Below are positions 9,644 to 19,901 of a stretch of 64,000 nt of DNA, in pieces (positions within the stretch are counted from its first letter, which is position 1; the number at the start of each line of letters is the position of its first letter). The stretch is from Salisapilia sapeloensis CBS 127946 (Eukaryota > Protista > Oomycota): NCBI GenBank assembly GCA_023334545.1, contig JAADVB010000048.1:29397-93396 (forward strand). The letters run 5' to 3'. Below the pieces are notes generated by a model. It saw nothing but the letters and a program-made list of their open reading frames with translations. It was not told where the DNA came from and did not search any database. The position numbers and the translations under genes were made by a program.

Positions 9644-12157
9644 TTACATGCGACTGCTGTTCGGACGTGCCACCTGACCTTCGTGCTTGATCAGCTCGAG
9701 CTGCTTGAACGTGTAGCTCAATGGGCTTGGGTGCGAAGTTGAAAACTGAGCCACCGTGTGTCCACTATCCGAACGGAGTTTCCACTTGGTCGTCAGAAGA
9801 CCTTCCACACCGACAGGGCCACGTGCGTGGATGCGACCAGTGCTGATGCCGACCTCGGCGCCAAGGCCGAATCGGTATCCGTCGGCGAAACGGTTGCTCG
9901 CGTTGTGGAAGACGCAGGCGCTGTCAATGTTCTGCTGGAACTGCTCCGCAACTTCATCGTTCTCGGTGATAATCACCTCCGTGTGACTGCTGCTGTGTTC
10001 ATTAATGTGGTTGACAGCGGCGTCAACGCCGGAAACGACTTCGACAGTCAGGTCCTTGGTGCCGTATTCCGTCGACATGCCCTCAGCAACGCCTGAAGAT
10101 TCTGTTTCTAAACCCGCTTGGATGGCCTTCGGACCGAGGTGGAGCGTAACACCAGCTTCTTCCAGTCTGTTAAGCAAGATCTTGCCCTTGTCTTCCGTGA
10201 GGAAGTCTTCGTCAATGAGCAACGTCTCGAGGGCATTGCATGCCGCAGGGTAGTCTGTCTTGGCATCAATGGCAAGCTCCGCTGCCTTGTTTAGCTCCGC
10301 CTCGTCGTGAATGTACATGTGGCAGACACCTTCGGCGTGGCCGAGCACCGGGATCCTCGTGTTCTTCTTGATAAAGTCGACCATGGAGCCAGAGCCACGC
10401 GGGATGCAGAGGTCAATGACATCGTCCATGCGCAAAAGATCAGTGATCTCGTCACGAGACTCGACAAGACCGATGATACCCTTGCCAACACGACCCTGTG
10501 TTTCTTCCTCGACAGCCTTCGTGATGAGGTTGTGGAGGAAGGAGTTGCTGTGAAGAGCCTCTTTACCTCCCTTGAGCAACAGTCCGTTGCCACTTCGGAG
10601 AGCCAAGGAAGCGATCTGAGGAAGAGAGTCCGGTCGGCTCTCGAAGATGACGAGGAGAACACCGATGGGTGCAGTCTCTTGGTGGAGCGTAAGACCAGAT
10701 GCCAATTCCGTACGCTTTAGCATTCGGCCGATGGGCTCTTCCTCGTCAGCGATAGTTCGAATACCCTCCGCAAGCGTCTGGAGCTTCGCTTTGCTCAGCT
10801 TCAATCGAGCGAGCAGACCTTCATCCACACGCTGAACTTCAGCAGCTTGGATGTCACGCTTGTTGGCGCGCAAGATCGCGTTGCTCTCCTTCATGAGATC
10901 GTCTGCAATGCGGTACAAGATTTTGCTTCGCTCCTCGGATGTTAGGCGCTGGAGCTGACGTCCAGCATCCCTTGCAGCATTTGCCATGGCTTCTGGCGAC
11001 GTAGAGTCCGTTGTTTGATCTCCGTCGTCTTCGACAAAGAGCGTACCGAGGTTACTTCCATTGATAATAGATGTAATGATGCCGTACTTGAAGCCACTGG
11101 CAATGACGACTGCACCAACGCCACGGTTGATGGCAGATTGGGCGGACTCGATCTTGGAGCCCATACCTCCTCGGCCGACATTGGACTTTTCACCAATCTC
11201 GAACTTGGCTTTGTCAGCGTGGAACGTCGAGATGACCTTGGCACCAGGTTGGTTCGGAGGTTTGTTGTAGAGACCTTCTACGTCCGTGAGGAGTAGAAGC
11301 AAGTCGGCATCCACCTCACCAGCGACGAGAGCAGCCAACGAGTCATTGTCCGTAAAGATCGATCCGTCGGCGCCAGCGCTCACGGCGTCGTTTTCGTTGA
11401 TGATCGGGATGGCGTCGAGTTCCAACAAGTTGTTAAGTGTGTCTCGCATGATGCCACGGTTCTTTGCGGTCTTGAAGTCGGACGCTGTCACGAGCACTTG
11501 ACTACAAGCGACGTCGTACAAGGAGAAGAGCGTCTCGTAGAGCGACATGAGGCCAATCTGACCGGCAGCAGCCATGGCACCCTTCTTCTGCTCCAATGAG
11601 AGCATCTGGTTGTTACCTTGGACGTGCGTCCGGAGCGAGGCCGAAAGCAAGATCTGCTTGCTCAGGCGCTTGCGGCCAATGCCGACAGAGCCACTTGTGA
11701 CGAGCGCTACTTCCTTTCCTTGGCGCTTGAGCATACACATCTGCTCGACCATGGAAGCAATGCGTCCTAGCGCCGGTTCTCCGTTGGTGGACACGACGCT
11801 CGTGCCCATTTTCACGACGATGCGGTTAGCATTCTTTAGATCCTGTCGACCGATAGTGCCGTTGGTGAAGCCTTGTGGGGATCCAGCGGCAGGAGCCATG
11901 TGCATGGCGTTATCTCTGCGATTCCGGGTGATGGTCATTGTGTGTCGATGTAGATGGATGGACTTGGGCGCTTGGAAGCAAATGTGTAAATGGCGCTTCG
12001 AGCGACCAGGATCGCTATGGAAAGGCGTTGACTGAAAGGGACTCGGTGCATGTGATTCGAGAGGATTTTTCTGAACCGTTGTATAGTGACATGCGTCTGT
12101 TGACAGAAAAGTATTGCGTATGAGAGGTCTAAACAGCTGCTGGTATGAAAATTTCAT
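9644..12157 (-). CDS. P5CS: Bifunctional delta-1-pyrroline-5-carboxylate synthase (glutamate 5-kinase + gamma-glutamyl phosphate reductase)
   Basis: RIVVKMGTSVV, LVTSGSVGIG, PIINENDAV, GRGGMGSKI, then GPR motifs IFESRPD, CNALETL, NRFADGYRFGLGAEVGIST. Start codon uncertain (12157 or 11938). Confidence 0.95.
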   Translation of the reverse strand: MKFSYQQLFRPLIRNTFLSTDACHYTTVQKNPLESHAPSPFQSTPFHSDPGRSKRHLHICFQAPKSIHLHRHTMTITRNRRDNAMHMAPAAGSPQGFTNGTIGRQDLKNANRIVVKMGTSVVSTNGEPALGRIASMVEQMCMLKRQGKEVALVTSGSVGIGRKRLSKQILLSASLRTHVQGNNQMLSLEQKKGAMAAAGQIGLMSLYETLFSLYDVACSQVLVTASDFKTAKNRGIMRDTLNNLLELDAIPIINENDAVSAGADGSIFTDNDSLAALVAGEVDADLLLLLTDVEGLYNKPPNQPGAKVISTFHADKAKFEIGEKSNVGRGGMGSKIESAQSAINRGVGAVVIASGFKYGIITSIINGSNLGTLFVEDDGDQTTDSTSPEAMANAARDAGRQLQRLTSEERSKILYRIADDLMKESNAILRANKRDIQAAEVQRVDEGLLARLKLSKAKLQTLAEGIRTIADEEEPIGRMLKRTELASGLTLHQETAPIGVLLVIFESRPDSLPQIASLALRSGNGLLLKGGKEALHSNSFLHNLITKAVEEETQGRVGKGIIGLVESRDEITDLLRMDDVIDLCIPRGSGSMVDFIKKNTRIPVLGHAEGVCHMYIHDEAELNKAAELAIDAKTDYPAACNALETLLIDEDFLTEDKGKILLNRLEEAGVTLHLGPKAIQAGLETESSGVAEGMSTEYGTKDLTVEVVSGVDAAVNHINEHSSSHTEVIITENDEVAEQFQQNIDSACVFHNASNRFADGYRFGLGAEVGISTGRIHARGPVGVEGLLTTKWKLRSDSGHTVAQFSTSHPSPLSYTFKQLELIKHEGQVARPNSSRM

Positions 12158-12952
12158 TTGGGAGCTGTTTAGGAGCTGTTATTTGAGCGAGTTTGCTCCA
12201 GTTTGATGCACGGGTAGAAATTTCTGTCAAGAGAGCTGATGAAACGATGGAGGTAGAGACTAGTGTCCAAGTAAGTTTGCATGCGAGTCGATGGAGTACT
12301 TGCATTCACTATATTTAACTTTCATATGGCTGCATCTGAACACGCAAGTTTTCACACCATCATTAGATCGTGGGTTGGTGGCGTGGATAGAATGTCGGGT
12401 GCTTCGAATCTGACAGGTCGCGAAGTCGTGCATAGCCGCTCTGTCCCAAGTCATGTCTTGAAAGATCCCATCGGTTTCGACGGGGCACATCCAATCTTTA
12501 GATAAGTAACTAGTCGTCTAAATTTTGACGCTCTACACTAGGTGCAGTCATCTCGTCTATCAAGCCACCACATACCTCGATGGGAAGAACGGTAGAAAAG
12601 CGTCAAAAGGCGCCTCTTCTACACGCATACCCGTGATGGTATGAAAATTGAGACAAATGCCATGAAGCAGGTTAAGACCTACTCGAGCAAGCGATGCAGC
12701 GTGTCTGAAACAAGTCAAGCACGCCAGCAACTTCAAAAAAGTTCGTCAGATTTATTTGCACCAATCCTGCATCTTGGCGTCTAGTTTATAGCAAATCAGG
12801 CGTCTGAGATACGAAACATACTCTTGTCAAGCGAAATGGCCGCGCGACCTTCCTGCAACATGAACGCAAGAGCGGAAGAAGATTAATTCTGTACCGAGGT
12901 ACACTGCGCTCTCTAGCTTCGCTGCTTTCTCATTGCTCAAAGACAGAAAGCC

Positions 12953-15476
12953 ATGCGACTCTACTCGTCCATGACGATGCAGCGTGCTGCGAGTGGAGAT
13001 ACCAAGAACGTACAATGTCCTCGAGCTGCGGAAGAAGCAGCTCAGCAGATTCACAAGGCATGCAAGGGTGTTGGCACGGACGAGAAGACGTTGATCAAAG
13101 TGCTAGGTTCCAAGTCGCCTGAAATGCGAGAACTCATTGCTATCCGATATGAACAGCTCTACGAAAAATCTCTACGCGACGTGATGCAGAGTGAGGCATC
13201 GGGAGACTTTGGACGGTTACTGCGACTCATCTCGACGCCATTACCGGAATCCGAAGCACAGATCCTGAAAGACGCTACGGCTGGTCTTGGCACCACAGAG
13301 AGCCTTATCGTGCAGGTAAGACATCCTGTGTTCCGTCCAGAATAGTGCAAATGCTCACATTGGAGTGTAATCAGATACTTGCTGGACGAACAAATGATGA
13401 GATCGACTTGCTCAAAAAGGCGTATTTCAATCTCTACATGAAAGACTTGTCTGTGACGTTAAACTCAGAACTCAGTGGTGACTTTAAAAAGGTCGTCATG
13501 GCCCTCCTACAAGTACGTCTTCCTCCGTCTTCCTCCATCTTCCTTGTATCCTACATTCGTACTGACAAGAGACTCTAGTCACCTCAAGAAGTGTACAACC
13601 CCGAGGTCCACAATGCTGCCAGAGCAGAAGAAGAAGCAGTGAAACTGTATAAAGCAGGACAAGGTCGACTCGGAACGAATGAACCAGTCTTCATCGGTTG
13701 TCTCGTATCTGCGCCACCAGATTTCCTCAAGATGCTCGACTCGGTATACACTGCCAAGTACAAGAACAACATCGCCAAGGCTGTCGACAAGGAGTTTAGT
13801 GGAGATGCACGCAAAGCCCTGTCGTTCTTTGTTCGTTTGCAATTGAACCCGTATCCGACGTTAGCAGAGTTGTTTGAATCGACCATGAAAGGCTTTGGGA
13901 CGGATGAAACTAGTCTCAGTGCCGCTCTCGTACGCTACCAGTCTCTGCTACCAGAGATCAAGAGATCTTACAAACAGCTTTACGAAAAGGAACTTCGAGA
14001 TCGGATTAACGGAGAGACGAGCGGTGACTACCGAAAGCTCTTGTTGGAAATCTGCGATGCGCCGTTGGATCCTGCAATACAGTATCAAACCGACACATCT
14101 TCACCTGGTCAAATCTCGGCACAGGGCCATCATGGCAACAGCGGATATCCCCCATCAGCTCCCTCCAACGTTGCTCCGACAGTGTCACCACCTGGTTATG
14201 GCCCTCCAGGCGCAATGCATCCACAGCACTCTCCTCAGGAAAGTTATATCAAGCAGCAGCAGTCGCAGGCAGGGTCTCAGCCGCCTCCAGCAGCTGCGTA
14301 TGCACAACCACAAGCATCGGCTCCACCGTCCACACCATACCATCAGCCTCCGATGAATGCTCCACAGCATCAGAGTCCAAACTACGCATCCCCGCAGCAT
14401 CCACAGGCACCTGTGGGAGCTTTCCCAGGCTATGGAAACCCTCCACAATACCCGCATGGAACGTCTCCTGGACAGCACTTTAACCATAGCCAGTCACCGC
14501 AACAAGGACATCAACCCACTAATCCATATGACCGAATGATGCAAGCTAAGGATCTAGCTCATGGACATGAACAATCGTCACCCGGGTATAACCCGATGAC
14601 TCACTCTCAAGGCCCAGGATATCCTTTACCACAGTCCCAGCCATCGCAGCAAATGCCCAAGCCAACGACGGCTTTTGACCGAGTGATGCAAGCCAATGAA
14701 TCGTCTCGAGCCTATGAGCAATCATCGCCGGGGTATAGTCCGATGAGCCATTCGCAAGGTCCAGCGTATCCTTCGCCACAGTCTCAGTCACCCGGATATA
14801 ACCACAGCAATAGTGGCGGATATCCTGGTCAACCACCGCAGCATCAACAGAGCTTCCAGCACCAGCAGAGTATGCATCATCAAGGTCCTCCACATCAGCA
14901 TAGTATGCACCAGGCTCCTCCCCACCAGCACAGCATGCACCATCAAGGTCCGCCGCATCAAGCATCCATGAATTATGCTGCGCCGCCGCAGAATATGCCG
15001 GCGCCGTCTGGCTATCCACCGATGCAATCGCCTCCGCAGTACCAAGCTCCTGGACAGCAGTACTCCCATCCGCCACCGCAGCAAGGTTATCCACCTCAGG
15101 CACCACAACAACCATATCTACCAACACAGCCTCCAGGGTAGGTAGACGCTTTTGTTATACTTGTGATTCGTACTAATACTGCACAATTTATAGACAATAT
15201 CCTGCACCAGGCGGGTATCCTCCGCAGCATCCGCAAGGATCTCCGCCGATGCAGCATCCCCAAAGACCTCCTCCAATGCAGCAGCCGTATGGACAGCCGC
15301 AGCAGTATCCTCCTCCCCCGAATGGACCCGCAGGATATCCTGCACCTCCAAATGGACCACCAGGATATCCTCCTCAAGCTCCAATGCAACCACCACCGTA
15401 TGGAGCTCCACCAGGAGCTTATCCATCGCCCCAGAACTATCCGCCACGTGGATATGGCGGCTATCCTGGGATGTAA
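12953..15476 (+). CDS. Annexin (4 repeats) with long C-terminal Pro/Gln/Tyr/Gly-rich tail (4 exons)
   Basis: Four annexin repeats with KGVGTDE, AGLGTTE, GRLGTNE and KGFGTDE sites and SGDF/SGDY motifs. Introns 13316-13374, 13513-13578 and 15138-15193 keep the frame to TAA at 15476. Confidence 0.9.
14518..14810 (+). repeat. 147-bp (49-aa) internal tandem duplication in annexin tail
   Basis: YDRMMQAKDLAHGHEQSSPGYNPMTHSQGPGYP versus FDRVMQANESSRAYEQSSPGYSPMSHSQGPAYP; matching gaccga at 14530 and 14677. Confidence 0.85.
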
Positions 15477-15680
15477 CAAGTCTGGAAGGGTCGAGAGGAT
15501 GATGGACATTTGATTGAAGAGTGGATGGACGAAGAAGATTGGAAGAGATAACAAACAGAACATGACGTTTGATTGGAAAGACTGATGTGACTTGTGATCG
15601 AGAAGAGAATGCTGACAGCAGTCGTTTGTCCTACGACTTTGATTTACGTCGACACAGGTGCGCCTTTTCCTCCGACAAGA

Positions 15681-15696
15681 GCTCATTTCGCAATTG
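15681..15696 (+). promoter_or_regulatory. Oomycete Inr/FPR core promoter element
   Basis: GCTCATTTCGCAATTG matches consensus GCTCATTYYNCAWTTT at 15 of 16 positions, 53 bp upstream of ATG 15734. Confidence 0.75.
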
Positions 15697-15733
15697 GAGG
15701 CCTCGACACCAAAGCACTTTCCTCTTCCTGACC

Positions 15734-16288
15734 ATGCCATCGAAGATGCTTCATGCTTCCCTCTTTAGCCTCTGGGTCGTGGCTTTTCATTCGACGAATG
15801 CGCAGTTTCAAAATCCAAGTTTCCAGTGGCCGCAGCAACAAGAGCAACAACAATGGCCAGCGAACAACTTTCGAAATGAACAACAAGTGCCTAGCACGGA
15901 CAGTGGCAACAATGTCAATTGGAACTTTCCTGCTGTCGGCACGGATGAGGACAATCTAGGCAACGTTGATCCAGAGCAAACGGTGCGAGATGACGGTACC
16001 GAGCAAGACTTTGCTGATGCGACTCTACCCATGTCCGGATCGGTTGGCTCTATGAGTGACTTGATGAGTGATGACATGAGCGGCAGTGCGAATGATATGG
16101 CCATGCCGACCGTGACGGTGCTCATCCCGGACGACTTGATGGTCAGTGGCGCTGGATCCGACTTGGTTTCTGTCGATCGAGTGGACAACGAGGATGAAAA
16201 GAGTGCCGGCACGGAGGAAGGCGATGGAGCTGCGGTTATGGGAGCTAGTCTAGTCGTCGTTGGAGCTGTAGTGCTGGTGTTGATGTAG
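15734..16288 (+). CDS. Secreted, probably GPI-anchored low-complexity surface protein
   Basis: Signal peptide MPSKMLHASLFSLWVVAFHSTNA; Q/N/W-rich then D/S/M-rich body; terminal hydrophobic stretch GAAVMGASLVVVGAVVLVLM* with no cytosolic tail. Confidence 0.7.
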   Translation: MPSKMLHASLFSLWVVAFHSTNAQFQNPSFQWPQQQEQQQWPANNFRNEQQVPSTDSGNNVNWNFPAVGTDEDNLGNVDPEQTVRDDGTEQDFADATLPMSGSVGSMSDLMSDDMSGSANDMAMPTVTVLIPDDLMVSGAGSDLVSVDRVDNEDEKSAGTEEGDGAAVMGASLVVVGAVVLVLM

Positions 16289-16372
16289 TTTGCAAGGTAG
16301 AAGAGAAAGTGTAGCATGAGCGATATAAGAAGCAGTACAAAACACGTTTTCGTTTACTACCAAAGAGTCCAT

Positions 16373-18023
16373 TTACAAGTCGTTGATATCACCTATGATG
16401 GTAACCTGACTTCCTTTGAACAAGGCAGGCATTGCAGCTTCCAACTGGAAAAAATCAATCGTCTAAAGTAAATGAATATTTCAATATAATCTTACCGCAT
16501 TCTTAACTCGCTTTGTGTCGGACGATACTTTTGACTGTTGACGTCGAAGTTCATCGTTAACATCCCCCAACTTCTTTGATGTATCGCTCAGCTTGCTGAT
16601 CTCATCGTTGCATTTCGCTTGCAGCTGATGAAAATTTTCCAGAAGCTGAACATGTCGCCCCAGGTATCCAGGTGAGTTTTTTAAAAAGAGCAGTTGTTGT
16701 AGTCTACGCCCGCTTAGCGTAGTAAGGACACTTTGTACTTCTGCGAGGTAGCTATCTAGCTGTTCAAGGCTTTGATATTCTAGTACTGTCTTGGTGTCTT
16801 GGACCTGGTCCACAGCAACCATGTCCGTCTCATTCAAAATTTCAGCGCGACGCTGCTTGAGGAATGCCTGCAGCTCGAGTAACTCATTTCGAAGTATTGC
16901 TCGAAGGTCTTGTTGCAGCAGCATTGTACTAGCGTCGGTGATGCTACCATTAGATCTAATGGACGAATCCTTCGTAGAAGTTGCGCTCACTTGGAACATT
17001 TGGAGAGTAGGAAAACATTCCGATGGGGCTGATACCTTCGTCTCTGGAGTGACGTAGGAATGGAGATAGGACTGCAGTGCTTCGTAGTACCAAATGGCTT
17101 TTGCAATACTATCACTCGAAAGAGCTCCAGCCACTTCGTTCAGTAATGGTGAAAGAGATTCAGAAGCATTCTGTAGCTCAGATCGTACATCTGTACCCTA
17201 CAACCGTGCCCAACACGATCTCAGTTTCATCGTACACATACTCTCTTGAAGCAGGAAGGTACCTGAATGCCAAAAGTTTCACATTTCTGCTTGTATTGGT
17301 TCTGATAATTCAGTATACGCCGTTGCAACTCCTAGTCAAGTCTCGTCGGATGGGTATTGGAATACGAGTAGTATATGGACATCTGTACGTACTTCCATCT
17401 TTCGTTTAGCATGTCCAATCTGTTTGTCATTCTCATTTATCATAGTCCGAATATGAGGACTATAGGTATAGCACAAGTATATATGAGTCTTTGGATCTAC
17501 AGGTTGACATTGAGAGGATCGTACAGTTCAAATGCCCCATTCCGAATCAGTATCCGTGCAGCTTCCGCAGCAAATAAATTCTTCTTTTCATATCGATGCA
17601 CCAATGCATCCCATTGCCTTGTCAGAGGAGAGGTATACTATACCATTCCAATGAGACTTTATCAACAGTCTCGTGAGCTACAGCATCCATCATACCTGGC
17701 CGAGGAGATTCGTGGCGGCATTGTCCGGCGACTCCAAGAGCGCTTTTAAAACAATATTGCAATCAAAATAGTTCACGTCTTGGACAGTCGGCTTGGCACG
17801 TTTCAACTTTGCTATCTTTTCATGGTCACGAGGCAAAGCTTCATAAAGCTCGCTTAGCGTTTGTCGCAAGTCCTGGTACTCGTCGAACCAGTCTGTAGAC
17901 ACCAAACCTCGCTCGACTAAAGTATCTAGAGAGTCATGAATTTAAGTGAATCTTCTATCATACAATTGCAGACATGTGCAGACCCTGTAGCTCGACATAA
18001 GACAGCTCGATTGACGAAGTCAT
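16373..18023 (-). CDS. CDK5RAP3: CDK5RAP3/C53 (UFMylation / ER-phagy adaptor) homologue, multi-exon
   Basis: Spliced IELSYVELQDTLVERG..DWF, YFDCNIVLKAL, QWDALVHRYEKKNLFAAEAARILIRN, AIWYYEAL, NELLELQAFLKQRRAE; last exon LEAAMPALFKGSQVTIIGDINDL*. Confidence 0.8.
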
Positions 18024-18100
18024 GGCTCGAATGTCGCGTTCGAATCCTTAGCCACTATATGAATCTTGAAGCGACATAGCCGAAATAACTTGATTAAAAT

Positions 18101-19877
18101 ATGGTCAGTTCGCAAATGGACAGAACGTCAGAGACGGACACGATGACCGGCAGTCCGACGAAGCATTCTCCACGTAGGAGCGACACAGAGGATAGTCACT
18201 CGGTACACAGGCAAAACATGGACATGCCCGACTCGGAGAACGCAAATAACGAGATTCGTGAGAGTGTCATCCGGGATATATTCCAACTGCCCGAGCACAC
18301 TACGTTCCACAAAGGTGACGGTTCGCTTTTAAACAGATCGTAGTTCTAAACTGACGAGTATGACTACGTACTGTACTAGACTTTTCATGTGCCATTGCTG
18401 GTACACTAGCGACGCACGGTCGCATGTACCCTACGGACACTTATATCTGCTTTTACTCAAACGTTTTTGGTCGAGAACGAAAAGTATGCTTTCTTGTCAT
18501 CTTCCTACGAAGAGTTAATATTAACGTAGTAGCGTCACTAGATCCTGATTCCGTATGATACCATCAAAGATATTGCCAAGACAACGGCGATGGTCTTCCA
18601 AGGCGCCATTCGGATTTCCACAAACGATAACGAAGAATTTACGTTTACATCGTTCTGGGGAGCGAATCGGGACAAGTGCTATGACACTTTGCAACGGGTC
18701 TTTAGTCCACATACCTCTAGCAGCGCCGTGGAAGATCAGACGGACGATAGTCTAGCTTCTCAGGCTACCGATAGCGACAAGGAAGTTCCAGAGGAAGAGA
18801 AACCGGTCGAGTCACCGAAAGCAGACCAGATACAAGAAACAGCGGAGGAGCCGGTGAAAGATAAACCACAAGACAAGTCAGAAGTAAAGGATGTAGGCTC
18901 TATTGTCTCGGAAGACATTTCCATGACAACAATTCTTGAAACGACATTCCCCATCTCCACCGACGAGTTCATGAAGCGGTTCATCTTGGATGAAGCAACC
19001 TTTGGTTTTGATACTTTTAACAAAAATGTGGGTGCCACGGAAATACAAGTCTCCAAGTGGGAAGCATCCGAAGACGATGACACAAGTATATTATCATTCG
19101 ATGTAGATAAAATGATTGAAGCTAAGCCACGAGAATGGATAGAGAAACGCCGGTCTGTCCAGCTTCGAACGCCGTTGACTGCACCCATTGGTCCAGACTC
19201 CTCTCGCGTGGATTCCGTACGTCCGCATCTTGTACATATCTATTAATTGGAGATGCTAATGGAGATTATAGTTGCAATGCTACAGCCAGCTAGAGCAAAG
19301 TTGCTATACGTTGGAATCCTCTACGAGACTCTGTGACATTCCGTATGGAGATTACTTTAGTGTCGAAGAGCGATGGACTATCTCACCAGACAACACGAAC
19401 CACACTGCTCTCCGGATTGATTTAAAAGTCGTGTTCTCTAAGTCGACGTTTTGGAAGAGTACGATTGAAACACGCGCCGTGTCGGACAATAAGACCAAGT
19501 GGGAGGAATGGAGCAAGATGGCCAAGGATCATCTGAATGCTCCCAACTCGACGATTGAAAAGGCGGCATCGACACAGACGTCGAATAGCCATGATACGAA
19601 AGACAAGAGGACACAAGTGCATGACCGCCGTTCTCGATTGAATGGAGAACGCTCGCAGTCGTCTGTGAGTGAGAAAAGTAGATCGAGAAATAGAAGACGA
19701 GAGCAGCCACAGGTCCACAAAGTGTTTCCGTGGCTACTCGTCCTCATCCTCTCTCTCGTTGTGTTGAGGCTACAGCTATCGCTCGTGCGTATGGAAGAGT
19801 CATTAGCGGAGTCTCGAGATGAGATCCAACTCATGCGAGAGGAGGTGAGTAAGCTGGTGAAGACGTTGCAAGAATGA
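18101..19877 (+). CDS. GRAM + VASt/StART-like sterol transfer protein with C-terminal TM and coiled coil (LAM/Aster/VAD1 type), multi-exon
   Basis: GRAM: DFSCA...HGRMY....ICFYSNVFG, ILIPYDTIKDI. VASt: PLTAPIGPDSS, DIPYGDYFSVEERW, VVFSKSTFWKSTIE. TM FPWLLVLILSLVVLRL. Confidence 0.85.
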
Positions 19878-19901
19878 TGTAGGGAAGACAAATTGAATTG
19901 A

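Noticed and set aside
15569-15733. TTG-initiated extension of the secreted protein ORF
   Set aside because: Lies over the Inr/FPR element and would bury the signal peptide.
14546-15740. Several minus-strand ORFs of 100-214 aa
   Set aside because: Shadows of the repetitive annexin tail.
18036-18056. GTTCGAATCC followed by CCA, tRNA T-loop-like
   Set aside because: No T-stem pairing, D-arm or acceptor stem; not a tRNA.
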